Shown: positions 9,614 to 19,974, counted from the stretch's first letter. The stretch is 64,000 bases of DNA from Candidatus Levybacteria bacterium RIFCSPHIGHO2_01_FULL_40_16 (GCA_001783805.1 MFNS01000001.1:649-64648); one strand, 5' to 3'. Notes: generated by a model from the sequence alone, not told the origin. Made by a program: numbers and translations.

Positions 9614-10015
9614 ATGTCTGATTTTTTAAGAAAAGCCCAGCTCAAGGATATAGAGACTATTTTTCTTCTAATAAAATCAGTCGCAAAAGAAGGGCAGCTA
9701 CTGCAGAGAGACAGAAAAGATATCAAAGAAAATATTGAAACATTTTTTGTTTGGGATGATCCGGAAAAAGGAGTTGTTGCCTGCTGCGGATTGACGATTT
9801 ACAGCCAAAAACTGGCAGAAATAAGATCGTTAGTTGTAGGAAAGTCTTTTCAAGAACAAGGAATTGGAAGCAAACTAGTCAAGGAATGCTTGAAATTAGC
9901 CAAAGAAAATAAGATTTATGAGGTCTTAGCAATAACCGACAGAGTAGGCTTTTTCAACAATTTGGGATTTAGCAAATGGCTTGGTAATCAGTACCCCATG
10001 ATCATCAGACCATAA
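9614..10015 (+). CDS. GNAT N-acetyltransferase (ArgA C-terminal-like)
   Basis: LAEIRSLVV, QEQGIGSKLV acetyl-CoA motif, FFNNLGF. Confidence 0.85.
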   Translation: MSDFLRKAQLKDIETIFLLIKSVAKEGQLLQRDRKDIKENIETFFVWDDPEKGVVACCGLTIYSQKLAEIRSLVVGKSFQEQGIGSKLVKECLKLAKENKIYEVLAITDRVGFFNNLGFSKWLGNQYPMIIRP

Positions 10016-10165
10016 AATGCCTCTTGGCTGCGGATGCTAGATGACATCAGAACCTGTTTTATGGCTAATTATACTCTGTAAAACAATTCAGTAGCTTGTT
10101 GCAAATATTAGAAGTATAGTATATATTGTCCTTAATAAAATTAAAGCCTGCCTCATTTAATATTT

Positions 10166-12052
10166 ATGTTAACTCCCGACAGAGAGCATTATAATCCCGG
10201 TGAACCCAGGTCTTTTGGTAAACCTGTTGATCCGTCCGAGCTGGAAGGGTCAATATCGAATTTCTTTAGTCGTTATTCCACTCCTTCTGCGGAAATGAGA
10301 TTATCGCATGGACAAGATCCAACAATACAAGCAGATTTGCAATTAATGCGAAGAGATAGGCTTTTGTCATCGTTCCCCGATGCGCAGGAAGGAGTTCGAT
10401 TTTTGGAAAAAGTCCTGCCTCAATTTATTGTAGAATCGCTTGGCAATCAACTCTTTTTCCCTGGTCTACAATCACCAATTTCTGAACTAGTAACTAACAA
10501 GGATAAGTTTTTCAGTCAACTTTTATTTGATTTTTTTGCTGGAAAAGAAGAAATAGAGGAGGGAGGTCAAGAAACCGGATATATAAATTTTAATAAGCCT
10601 CCAAAAGAACAATCATACGAATATATTGGCGAAAAACTAACCAGACTAATTAGAGAAAGAGTTCATAAGGATAAAGATCCCAAAACACGAGCTTTTTTTG
10701 GCTGGATTGGACGCCACTTAATGAAAAAGATTTATCCGGAAGCAGATTTTTCTTTAGACAGGCATAATAAAATGGTGACTGAAGAAAAAGAAGGAATGAG
10801 AGAAGTATTTAAAAAGTTTAGAGATAGAGTAGAAAAAGGCGCCGAAGGAGACTTAACGTTGGAAAAGACTAATGCATTCTTCAAAGAATTAGCTGATTTA
10901 AAATGGAGTTTTCCAGGGCTAGGCTCGGCCGAAACACCAGTTCAGGATCGTATTGCTTCAAATTTGTCACTATATTTTGATGGCTTCGGCTCTATTAGTG
11001 ATTATTTGCCCTACTATGGCGATGAATTTAATAGAGAAAATTCTTTTTCCTGGTTTGTAGAACGTTGGCAAAAAAAACCAGCCAAAAAAAGTGATTTTAA
11101 TTATAAGGAACACTACGTAAAAAACTTCCCTCAAATTTTTGGCGATCTTCCGAAAGGCAATGCTGCTAGAACAGTATCTAAAGAGAAACTGTTACCAAAA
11201 TGGTTTGAAATGCTTAGAGCAATTTTATTAGAAGGAATAGATCGGACTGCAAAGGATGCTCAAGACTTTAACGTTACCTACTTTCGGTTTATCAACAATC
11301 AGAATGTTGCAGCTGGATATGCCTATGCCGAAGAACACAAAGATGAAGTTCTTGCAAATTTACCTAACATATTGCAACTCACAGAAGAGGAAGTTCAAGC
11401 GCGTTTTATGCAAGGGGAACCCAAAATATTACATGATATTCATGATTTAGGACAGAACACCTCAGACGATCTTTATAAAGATACTAATTTTGAAGAATTA
11501 GAACAACCTTTTACTGAAATGAAGGAAGAAGCGATTCTACCGCCCATTATCTTAACGGAAGCAGAAAAAGCGAGAACGGACGAAGATTGGTTCGACATAA
11601 TTGGCCATGGACCAAACGCTCGAATTTATGAAGAACTGAAAGCATATAAAGTTTTTTCCGATGAGGAATTTCTTTTAGGGGTTGATCCCCTATTCTATGG
11701 AAACTGGTTATCAGATCAATATGCTAATATGGCTATTGCTGGCAATCTGGAAAAATTTTATGAGCAGCGTAGGAATTTACCGCCAATAGAAGCAGAAAGA
11801 GAACGCATTGAGGAATTTAAGACAGGTGTTTTTTCTCTTCCTAAAACCTATAAAGATCTAATTATAAATGCAAATAGACAACTTATTAGATTACAGGATG
11901 AATTTGATAAAGTTAGAGAACAAGTAACAACCTTTAACGTAGATGCTATTACTCAAGCATCAATACTCCAGCAACGAATGATTGCTATTCGACAAGTTAA
12001 AAATACCATAAAGCAGATTATTGCTAAAAAAAAGAACAGTAAGGGTACTTAA
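10166..12052 (+). CDS. Large hypothetical protein, charged, with predicted C-terminal coiled coil
   Basis: 628-aa ORF; no recognisable motif, TM segment or signal peptide. Confidence 0.75.
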   Translation: MLTPDREHYNPGEPRSFGKPVDPSELEGSISNFFSRYSTPSAEMRLSHGQDPTIQADLQLMRRDRLLSSFPDAQEGVRFLEKVLPQFIVESLGNQLFFPGLQSPISELVTNKDKFFSQLLFDFFAGKEEIEEGGQETGYINFNKPPKEQSYEYIGEKLTRLIRERVHKDKDPKTRAFFGWIGRHLMKKIYPEADFSLDRHNKMVTEEKEGMREVFKKFRDRVEKGAEGDLTLEKTNAFFKELADLKWSFPGLGSAETPVQDRIASNLSLYFDGFGSISDYLPYYGDEFNRENSFSWFVERWQKKPAKKSDFNYKEHYVKNFPQIFGDLPKGNAARTVSKEKLLPKWFEMLRAILLEGIDRTAKDAQDFNVTYFRFINNQNVAAGYAYAEEHKDEVLANLPNILQLTEEEVQARFMQGEPKILHDIHDLGQNTSDDLYKDTNFEELEQPFTEMKEEAILPPIILTEAEKARTDEDWFDIIGHGPNARIYEELKAYKVFSDEEFLLGVDPLFYGNWLSDQYANMAIAGNLEKFYEQRRNLPPIEAERERIEEFKTGVFSLPKTYKDLIINANRQLIRLQDEFDKVREQVTTFNVDAITQASILQQRMIAIRQVKNTIKQIIAKKKNSKGT

Positions 12053-12087
12053 GAGATAGCTTGATTTAGTAGCCTAAACTACGCTTG

Positions 12088-12158
12088 CTGCTGGACCTGG
12101 ATTCGAACCAAGATAAACGGATTCAGAGTCCGTTGTCCTACCATTAGACGATCCAGCA
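12088..12158 (-). tRNA. tRNA-Gln (anticodon CTG); CCA not encoded
   Basis: Acceptor TGCTGGA/TCCAGCA; anticodon arm ACGGA-CTCTGAA-TCCGT; GGTTCGAATCC T-arm. Confidence 0.96.
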
Positions 12159-12296
12159 AGATAGTCCAATTTTACCAAATAAGAGTACTTACTACAAACA
12201 ATGCGGGAATGAATAAGTTTTGATCTTTTAAAACATTGAAACTTATTCAGAAAATAAATTTGATTTCCCAAATTTGTTCTATAATAATAAAGTCAA

Positions 12297-12806
12297 ATGA
12301 AATACGGGAAGATTTGGCCGCATGTGGTTTTTGTAATTTTGGTTGGGGTTTTTGTTTTTACTCAGCCCCCACCAAAAAATAATCAAATAATCTCCGCAAA
12401 GGAAACTGCAGGAGTTTTAAAAGTTGTGGACGGAGATACGATTGAGGTTAGTTTAAGCGGTAGAACAGAGAGAGTCAGGCTGATTGGGATTGATAGTCCG
12501 GAAGTTTTGGACGATCGAAAGCCTATTCAGTGCTTTGGAGAAGAAGCATCAAACAAAGCGAAAGAAATTTTAACCGGAAAAACAATTACCCTGCAGTCCG
12601 ATTCAACTCAAGAGGAAAGGGATGAATACGCAAGACTTCTGCGTTATATTTTTCTTGACAGTTTAAATTTTAATGAACTTATGCTTAGTGAGGGTTACGC
12701 CCGCGAGTATACGTTTAAAGGCAAAATTTACAAATATCAAACGGAATTTATTCAGGCGGAAAAAGAGGCGAGAAAAGAGAATAAGGGTTTGTGGGGCGCG
12801 TGTTGA
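12297..12806 (+). CDS. Thermonuclease (SNase-like), membrane-anchored or secreted
   Basis: VVDGDT, RVRLIGIDSPE, D.Y.RLLRY, A...KGLWG. Confidence 0.93.
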   Translation: MKYGKIWPHVVFVILVGVFVFTQPPPKNNQIISAKETAGVLKVVDGDTIEVSLSGRTERVRLIGIDSPEVLDDRKPIQCFGEEASNKAKEILTGKTITLQSDSTQEERDEYARLLRYIFLDSLNFNELMLSEGYAREYTFKGKIYKYQTEFIQAEKEARKENKGLWGAC

Positions 12807-12817
12807 GATAGGAAAAA

Positions 12818-13795
12818 TTAAAACCAACGTTTTATTTTAAAGAAAATTATCAAGGGAATAGCAACTGCAAGTATCATCCCGATATGGATTTCAAAGGTCC
12901 ATGGACCTTTTGTAAAAGGTAAACCCTCAACATTCATTCCGTAAAAACCTCCTAGAACTTGTAAGGGCAAAATGATAACTGTTATAACTGTCAGAACCCT
13001 AATGGTTAGATTGGTCTGCGTCATCAAGAGAGACTCGTTACTGTCGGAAATTCCCTCAATTAGCTCTCTGTTATCCTCAACTCTATCCCAAATCTTTTGT
13101 ATATGGTCCAAAACATTGCCCCAGAAAGGCTGCAATCGTCCATTAAAATCTTCATGTTTTCCATCTTCAAGCTCCTTAAGCAAGGGAAGGATGGGTTTAA
13201 TCATGGTGTGGAAAACCACCAAATTCCTTCTAGTGGTTGAAATTTCCTCCAAAGTCTTTTGAGACTGCCTCCCTTCCAACTCCTTATCTATTAAATCTAT
13301 TGTAGAAGTAAGTTCATTGAGCGTAGGAAAGCAGTCGTCAACTAGAGCATCGATAATTTTATAAACGAGAAATGCGGATCCCTGCGACATATATTCTGTG
13401 CGATTATGGAGAGTTTTTTGGCAAAGACTGAATATATGATCGATTTGAGGCAACTCTCCTGCATGAAGAACTATGACGTATTCTTTGGAAACAAAGAAAT
13501 TTACATAGCTACTAACCAACCTCTTTTTTTTGCCTGGCACATTGAGGGTAGGAAGATGAACTCCGTATTGGTGAGAATTTTCAGGCACAGTTTCGCTAAA
13601 AAGCGGAAAGCGAAGAACAATAAGTTCGTATTTTTTATGATTCTCTATTTTTGGTATCTGTGTCCTATGCATGTAATCATCAAGATTGAGGGGATTAAAG
13701 TAGTAAGTGTTCTTGAGATATTTTATCTCGAAATCAGTTGGCTTTTGTACATTTATAAAAGATAAGCCTTGGAAGCTGACTGTTTGTATATTCAT
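12818..13795 (-). CDS. corA: CorA-family Mg2+ transporter
   Basis: YGMN motif between two C-terminal TM helices. Confidence 0.92.
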   Translation of the reverse strand: MNIQTVSFQGLSFINVQKPTDFEIKYLKNTYYFNPLNLDDYMHRTQIPKIENHKKYELIVLRFPLFSETVPENSHQYGVHLPTLNVPGKKKRLVSSYVNFFVSKEYVIVLHAGELPQIDHIFSLCQKTLHNRTEYMSQGSAFLVYKIIDALVDDCFPTLNELTSTIDLIDKELEGRQSQKTLEEISTTRRNLVVFHTMIKPILPLLKELEDGKHEDFNGRLQPFWGNVLDHIQKIWDRVEDNRELIEGISDSNESLLMTQTNLTIRVLTVITVIILPLQVLGGFYGMNVEGLPFTKGPWTFEIHIGMILAVAIPLIIFFKIKRWF

Positions 13796-13871
13796 ATTTT
13801 AAGATATATAATATAATATTAGTCCTTGGGGAGCGTTTGTCAATCCCTTTTGCGCAAACCCTTATAGGTTC

Positions 13872-13905
13872 TTGACAATTAGCAGATGATATGATAGATT
13901 GCTAA
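13872..13905 (+). promoter_or_regulatory. lon promoter overlapped by a CIRCE-like (HrcA) inverted repeat
   Basis: TTGACA 13872-13877, 17 nt, TAGATT 13895-13900 (extended TG); TTAGCAgat-N9-gatTGCTAA at 13879-13905 versus CIRCE TTAGCACTC-N9-GAGTGCTAA. Confidence 0.75.
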
Positions 13906-13912
13906 TTAGATT

Positions 13913-16270
13913 ATGGAAAAACTAATCCCATTAATTCCAATCCGAGACGGAGTAATCTTTCCCAACACAGATTCGGTTTTAACCTTTGGCAGGCCGAAAA
14001 GCCTGGCAGCACTGGAATCTTCCTTCACTGGTGCAAGAATTGTTTGTTTTGTACTCCAGAAAAATTCCAAGCTAAATGATCCGACTCCTTCGGATTTGTA
14101 TAGCGTTGGGACATTGTCCCGTATTGAAAGGATGACACGGACAGAAGGGGAAATAATTGCCCAAGTCAGAGGAGTCACCAGGGTCAGAATTGAATCAGTT
14201 TTCGAAGAGAGATCATATCTAATGGCAAAAGTGGTTGAGATACCGGATGTGGTGGACAATAGTCCGCAAGTTAAGGCTTTATGTAATCATTTGACGAACG
14301 AATTCAGACGCGCGATGAACCTTGGAAAAACAGTTGACTTTCTGGTCTTCATGAATATCATGTCTGACAATTCTCCATATGAATTTGCAGATCTGATTGC
14401 CTCGGTTCTGGATATCAAGCCTTCCGAGCGCCAAGGTCTTTTGGAAATTACCGATGTCAAAACCAGACTTGAAAAAATAACCGAGATTCTCTCAAAAGAA
14501 TTAAAAGTATTGGAGTTGGAAAAGCGCATCGCGTCCAAAACGCAGGAAAGATTTGAAAAAGGAGCAAGAGAGACAATCCTTAGGGAAAGGCTTAAGACTA
14601 TAGAAAAAGAACTCGGAGACGAAGATGAAACCGGAACACAGGAGATAATTGACAAAATAAAAAAAGCCAAAATGCCCTCCGAGATTGAAGAAAAAGCCAG
14701 AAAAGAAGCCAAAAAGCTTTCTCAAATGGCTCAATTTAATCCGGAAGCCGGCTACGTTAGAAATTATTTAGAATGGTTAGTTTCGCTCCCCTGGTCAGTA
14801 AAAAGCCAAAATAATGTAGATATTAAAAAAGCGGAAAAAATTTTGGATGAAGACCATTATGGGTTAACAAAAGCCAAAGAAAGAATTGTAGAGTATTTGG
14901 CTGTTCATAAATTGTCCGGAAAAATGAAAGGTCCCATACTTTGTTTTGCCGGTCCTCCGGGCGTTGGCAAAACCTCAATTGGAAAGTCAATTGCGAGAGC
15001 CTTGGGTAGGAAATTCGTCAGAGTTTCTCTTGGAGGAATCAGAGACGAGGCGGAAATCAGAGGGCACAGAAGAACTTATGTTGGCGCACTTCCCGGACGA
15101 ATAATTCAGGGAATAAAAGACGCAAGTACCCGCAACCCTGTTTTTATGCTGGATGAAATTGACAAGGTGGGAGCAGATTTCAGAGGAGACCCGTCATCTG
15201 CGCTTTTGGAAGCATTGGATCCGGAACAGAACAATCAATTCTCCGATCATTATTTGGAAGTTCCTTTTGATTTGTCCGACGTGATGTTTGTGACAACTGC
15301 CAATATTCTGGATACAATTCCGCCTGCTTTAAAAGACAGACTTGAGATCATAAATTTTGCAGGGTATACGCATGATGAAAAGTTTAAGATTGCCCGCGAG
15401 TTTTTACTCAAAAAACAAATTGAAAACCATGGTTTAACCTTGAAAAATGTGGAAATTACCGACGATGCGATCCGCTTTATTATTGAGCACTATACCCGGG
15501 AGGCTGGCGTCAGAAGCCTGGAGCGTCAAATTGCGGCGATTCTTCGGAAAACTGCCAAATTAATCGCGGAGGGCAAAGTAAAAAAACTAAAAGTCAGCGC
15601 AAAAGACGTTACCAAATATTTAGGTCCTATAAAAATCAGCTCCACATTTTTGGAGAAAAAAGACGAGATTGGAATGTCCACCGGTCTTGCCTGGACAGAA
15701 GCCGGAGGAGACATTTTGTTTATTGAGGTTGCATTGATGCCGGGAAAAGGTCAATTGCTTCTGACAGGGCAGCTCGGGGACGTAATGAAAGAATCATGTC
15801 AGGCGGCAATGTCCTATATCAGGGCGCGAGCCAACCAGTTTGGTTTATCGGATAAATTCTACCAAAAAATCGATGTGCACGTGCATGTTCCCGAGGGCGC
15901 AGTTCCCAAAGACGGTCCGTCGGCCGGTATCGCGATAACTTCAGCCATAGTCTCAGCCTTAACAGGAATCCCCGTTAACAGGAAAGTTGGGATGACCGGA
16001 GAGATTACCTTGCGCGGACGCGTTATGGAGATCGGCGGACTCAAAGAAAAAGTTATTGCCGCTCATAGGGCAGGGCTTAAAACAATTATTGTTCCAAAGG
16101 AAAATAAAAAAGATTTGGTGGAATTGCCAAAGGAAGTTTTGAAAGATTTAACCTTCAAATTCGTGTCCCATATGGATGAGGTGATCGGCATTGCCTTCAA
16201 GAAGCCTTTGAAATTGAGGCAAACAACCGGTTCTTCTGCTCAACATCTCCAAGCCGTCCTCCACGCGTAA
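13913..16270 (+). CDS. lon: ATP-dependent protease La (LonA)
   Basis: Lon N-domain, GPPGVGKTS, LDEIDK, PKDGPSAG catalytic Ser, GGLKEK. Confidence 0.98.
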   Translation: MEKLIPLIPIRDGVIFPNTDSVLTFGRPKSLAALESSFTGARIVCFVLQKNSKLNDPTPSDLYSVGTLSRIERMTRTEGEIIAQVRGVTRVRIESVFEERSYLMAKVVEIPDVVDNSPQVKALCNHLTNEFRRAMNLGKTVDFLVFMNIMSDNSPYEFADLIASVLDIKPSERQGLLEITDVKTRLEKITEILSKELKVLELEKRIASKTQERFEKGARETILRERLKTIEKELGDEDETGTQEIIDKIKKAKMPSEIEEKARKEAKKLSQMAQFNPEAGYVRNYLEWLVSLPWSVKSQNNVDIKKAEKILDEDHYGLTKAKERIVEYLAVHKLSGKMKGPILCFAGPPGVGKTSIGKSIARALGRKFVRVSLGGIRDEAEIRGHRRTYVGALPGRIIQGIKDASTRNPVFMLDEIDKVGADFRGDPSSALLEALDPEQNNQFSDHYLEVPFDLSDVMFVTTANILDTIPPALKDRLEIINFAGYTHDEKFKIAREFLLKKQIENHGLTLKNVEITDDAIRFIIEHYTREAGVRSLERQIAAILRKTAKLIAEGKVKKLKVSAKDVTKYLGPIKISSTFLEKKDEIGMSTGLAWTEAGGDILFIEVALMPGKGQLLLTGQLGDVMKESCQAAMSYIRARANQFGLSDKFYQKIDVHVHVPEGAVPKDGPSAGIAITSAIVSALTGIPVNRKVGMTGEITLRGRVMEIGGLKEKVIAAHRAGLKTIIVPKENKKDLVELPKEVLKDLTFKFVSHMDEVIGIAFKKPLKLRQTTGSSAQHLQAVLHA

Positions 16271-16359
16271 CATTTATTCATAATGAAGTTAGCTTGTTTG
16301 GGGGGGGTATTTTGGTAGCTCTTACTGAATCCGCGATGGAGCCCACGGTTGCGAATTTG

Positions 16360-16433
16360 TAGCTCTGAGGGGATTCGAACCCCTGATATTTACCTTGAGA
16401 AGGTAACGTCCTAGGCCGCTAGACGACAGAGCC
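16360..16433 (-). tRNA. tRNA-Glu (anticodon CTC); CCA not encoded
   Basis: Acceptor GGCTCTG/CAGAGCT; anticodon arm TTACC-TTCTCAA-GGTAA; T-arm AGGGG-TTCGAAT-CCCCT. Confidence 0.95.
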
Positions 16434-16512
16434 TCACTCGTATTTTACTTTAAAACAAATATCGAAACAAGTTTAATTGTTCTCTTGGGGGATTTCTAGT
16501 ATAATTTTTGGT

Positions 16513-17268
16513 ATGAGTAAAGTCTTTCTTTCCGTAGTAATCCCTTCTTACGACGAAATGGCCAATCTGCAAAAGGGCGTTTTGGATAAGGTCGAACATT
16601 TTTTGAGCAAAGAAAAGTTTCCCTATGAGGTAATCATTGTGGATGACGGATCCGGGGACGGAAGCATTGAATTCGTAAGGCGGTTTATTGAAGAAAATCC
16701 TAACTTTAGGCTAATAGAAAATTCTCATTTAGGAAAAGCAGGAGCAGTAACAGCGGGAGTGCTTAAGTCTCAAGGCGATTATGTGCTTTTTTCCGATATG
16801 GATCAGGCAACCCCAATTGAAGAATTGGATAAGCTTTTGCCATATTTTGATCAGGATTTTGAGGTAGTTATCGGTTCCAGGAGTACGGTAAGAAAGGGAG
16901 CGCCGTTTATCCGTCAATTTGTTTCCCATACGGCGATTATTGCCCGCAAACTAATTGTCGGCCTGCCGGAAATTTCCGATACCCAATGCGGATTTAAAGC
17001 GTTTAAAAAAGAAGCCGCGAGAAAACTATTTACACGCATTGATAAATTACATAACGGTTTCAAAAAGATCTCGGGAAGCTCTGTAAGTTCGGGATTCGAT
17101 GTGGAATTGTTATTCATCGCGGAAAAATTAGGCTACAAAATTAAAGAAGTGCCGGTGAATTGGCTCTATGTTGAGACCAGAAGGGTCAGTCCGATTAAAG
17201 ATTCAGTCGAAGGAATGATGGATCTTTTAAAAATAAAAGTTAAAGCGATGAAGGGGGAATACGATTGA
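16513..17268 (+). CDS. GT2 polyprenol/dolichyl-phosphate glycosyltransferase (Alg5/DPG-synthase-like)
   Basis: VVIPSY, VDDGSGD, GKAGAV, DMD, DTQCGFKAF, FDVE; ATG 16513 is 7 nt after TATAAT. Confidence 0.88.
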   Translation: MSKVFLSVVIPSYDEMANLQKGVLDKVEHFLSKEKFPYEVIIVDDGSGDGSIEFVRRFIEENPNFRLIENSHLGKAGAVTAGVLKSQGDYVLFSDMDQATPIEELDKLLPYFDQDFEVVIGSRSTVRKGAPFIRQFVSHTAIIARKLIVGLPEISDTQCGFKAFKKEAARKLFTRIDKLHNGFKKISGSSVSSGFDVELLFIAEKLGYKIKEVPVNWLYVETRRVSPIKDSVEGMMDLLKIKVKAMKGEYD

Positions 17269-18455
17269 AATTCAAAATGCAAAATGTAAAAGTCAAAATT
17301 TTTAACACAGGGTATTTGCTAAGTGCTATTGGGTTGTTTTTTTATTCCTTTACGCAAATTGATTTGGGACTAACGCTTTCTCGAGTATCTGTCTGGCAGA
17401 CAGCAGAGAAATTTTTTAAAAGTATCGGTTATTTCAACCGTCCAATGTCTGCTTTAATATTTATTATCATTACTCTTTTACTTTTCACTTTCTATTTATT
17501 AATTCTAAATAATATTCGCAAAAAAGAGATTTCCAGAAAAACAATTTGGTCTTTGATAATCGCGACAACGGTTATTCTGACTTTCTCATACAACGCTTTT
17601 TCTTACGACCTTTTTAACTATATGTTTGATGCTAAAATTGTGACATTCTACAATCAAAATCCCTTTGTCTATAAGGCATTAGATTTTCCGGGCGATCCGA
17701 TGCTTTCATTTATGCACTGGACCCACAGACTGTATCCATACGGACCGACCTGGCTTGGTTTAACCGTGCCCTTATCCTTCTTGGGGATGCAAGTTTTTCT
17801 ACCGACATTTTTCTTATTCAAAATCATGATTTCAGCAACCTTTTTGGGAACAGTATACTTTATAAGCCGTATTCTGCAAAAAATTTCACCCGAAAACGAA
17901 CTTTTTGGAGTAGCTTTTTTTGCCCTAAATCCGCTGGTTATTATAGAAAGTCTAGTATCTGCACACAACGATATAACTATGATATTCTTTGCGATGTGGG
18001 CACTATATTTATTAATGATAAATAAATATGTTCGTTCAACTATATTGTTCATTTTGTCAGTTGGAACTAAATTTGCAACACTTTTATTGGTACCGGTATT
18101 TGTTGTGATATATTTTCTTAAAAAATATAAAAGAGAAATAAATTGGGAGAGAATGATGCTATTATCCATTGTGTCAATGCTAGCTGCTGTGTTTGTAGTA
18201 ACTTTACGAACAACTTTTCAGCCTTGGTATCTTTTGTATGTTTTGCCGTTTGTCGCTATAGTTCCAAATAAATATTATGTAATTATTCCGACTGTAATCA
18301 TTTCTTTTGCTGCCAGCTTACAATATTTGCCATTTTTATATTTAGGTAATTGGGATAGTCCTGTTCCTTCAATATTATTCTGGATGACAATTGGCTCTTT
18401 CGTTCTATCCTTGCTTTCTACTGTGGCCTGGAAGTTTAAGAAAGTGTTAAGATAG
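17265..18455 (+). CDS. GT-C membrane glycosyltransferase (MptA/MptB- or GT87-like)
   Basis: SYDLFNY, YPYGP.W, NPL....S.HND, QPWY motifs; many TM helices. Confidence 0.75.
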   Translation: MKFKMQNVKVKIFNTGYLLSAIGLFFYSFTQIDLGLTLSRVSVWQTAEKFFKSIGYFNRPMSALIFIIITLLLFTFYLLILNNIRKKEISRKTIWSLIIATTVILTFSYNAFSYDLFNYMFDAKIVTFYNQNPFVYKALDFPGDPMLSFMHWTHRLYPYGPTWLGLTVPLSFLGMQVFLPTFFLFKIMISATFLGTVYFISRILQKISPENELFGVAFFALNPLVIIESLVSAHNDITMIFFAMWALYLLMINKYVRSTILFILSVGTKFATLLLVPVFVVIYFLKKYKREINWERMMLLSIVSMLAAVFVVTLRTTFQPWYLLYVLPFVAIVPNKYYVIIPTVIISFAASLQYLPFLYLGNWDSPVPSILFWMTIGSFVLSLLSTVAWKFKKVLR

Positions 18456-18459
18456 ACCT

Positions 18460-19974
18460 ATGGATTTCTTCAGAAAACATAAATTTGAGATTATTATTTT
18501 ATCAGCCTTAGCATTAACATATTTTGTCTCCCGTTTCTTTAGCATTTTATCTTTGCCAATTTTTACCGATGAGGCAATTTATGTCCGTTGGGCGCAAATT
18601 GCCAAACAGGATGCCAACTGGCGTTTTATTTCTTTAACGGACGGAAAACAGCCAATGCTTATCTGGTTAATGATGGTTTCCCTACGTATCATTGCGGATC
18701 CTTTATTGGCAGGAAGAATCGTTTCTGTGGGAGCAGGTTTTTTAACCTTAATAGGAATATATTTTTTGGGGAGAGAAGTTTTTAAAAGCAATAAGATCGG
18801 ATTGATCTCATGCGCTTTATATGTAATTTTTCCAATGGCTTTAGTTTATGACAGGATGGCCCTCTACGACAGTCTTGTCGGAACATTTGCAGTTTGGGCT
18901 TTATTATTAATTGTTCTTTTGGTTCGAAAAGTTCGAATGGATATTGCCCTTATTTTGGGAATGGTGATTGGAGGAGGAGCGCTTACTAAAACAAACGCAT
19001 TCTTCAGTATTTATCTACTGCCATTTTCTCTGCTGCTTTTCGATTGGAGCAAGAAAACGGCAAGAAGCAGATTATTGAGATGGGTTGGCTTGTGTCTTAT
19101 TTCGGTTATGCTTACTTATGGTATTTATTCAGTTCTAAGGTTATCTCCCTTTTTTCATATAATAGATGAAAAAAATGCAATTTTCGTATATCCTTTTAAG
19201 GAATGGCTGAATCATCCTTTTGAGTTTTTCATCGGCAATATGCGGGCATTCCTAGACTGGATTAGCAGGTATTTAACATGGCCGCTTTTGAGTATTGCTT
19301 TCTTATCTTTCTTTCTTTCGAAAACCTTTACGCGAGAAAAGATTACACTTCTTCTTTGGTTTATTCTTCCAATTATTGCTTTAGGATTTTTTGGAAGAAC
19401 TTTATATCCCCGTTTTATTTTCTTCATGATTCTTCCTCTGCTTTCCCTAATTGCATATTCTTTAGAAAATATTTATTTAAGATTTAATAAAACCTATCTG
19501 TTTGTTATTTTTTGTTTCTTGTTTTTCTTTTTAGCTTTTAAAACCGATTATCTGATTCTGACTGACTTTACCAAAGCAAATATTCCCGGCTCCGACATAA
19601 ATCAGTATCTGGCCAGCTGGCCGGCAGGAGGAGGCATAAAAGAGTCGGTTGAATTTTTTGAAAGGGAAGCAAAAAAAGGAAAGATATATATTGCCACAGA
19701 GGGCACTTTTGGGTTAATGCCCTACGCATATGAAATATATCTTGTTAATAATCCCAATATTAAAATTGAAGGATACTGGCCGATAGGAGACGTTCTGCCG
19801 GCAAAAGTAACTGAAGAAAGTAAAAAAATTCCGACTTATTTTGTCTTTTATCAGTCATGCGACAGTTGTATTGGGACCGAAGCCCCAAGAACATGGCCGT
19901 TAACACAAGTTTTGAAAATAAAAAAGGGAGAAGACGGATCCTATCTCACGGTATATAAAGTCAATAAGATTTAA
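18460..19974 (+). CDS. GT-C (ArnT/PMT-like) membrane glycosyltransferase
   Basis: PIFTDEAIY loop after TM1, DGKQP, multi-TM core, soluble C-terminal domain. Confidence 0.8.
   Translation: MDFFRKHKFEIIILSALALTYFVSRFFSILSLPIFTDEAIYVRWAQIAKQDANWRFISLTDGKQPMLIWLMMVSLRIIADPLLAGRIVSVGAGFLTLIGIYFLGREVFKSNKIGLISCALYVIFPMALVYDRMALYDSLVGTFAVWALLLIVLLVRKVRMDIALILGMVIGGGALTKTNAFFSIYLLPFSLLLFDWSKKTARSRLLRWVGLCLISVMLTYGIYSVLRLSPFFHIIDEKNAIFVYPFKEWLNHPFEFFIGNMRAFLDWISRYLTWPLLSIAFLSFFLSKTFTREKITLLLWFILPIIALGFFGRTLYPRFIFFMILPLLSLIAYSLENIYLRFNKTYLFVIFCFLFFFLAFKTDYLILTDFTKANIPGSDINQYLASWPAGGGIKESVEFFEREAKKGKIYIATEGTFGLMPYAYEIYLVNNPNIKIEGYWPIGDVLPAKVTEESKKIPTYFVFYQSCDSCIGTEAPRTWPLTQVLKIKKGEDGSYLTVYKVNKI

Noticed and set aside
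12074-12271. 65-aa minus-strand ORF in the track
   Set aside because: It is a read-through of the tRNA-Gln gene sequence.
16315-16366. GTAGCTCT repeated at 16315-16322 and 16359-16366 (tRNA-Glu 3' end) as a possible att scar
   Set aside because: Only 8 bp, with no cargo or integrase between the copies; cannot be told from chance.
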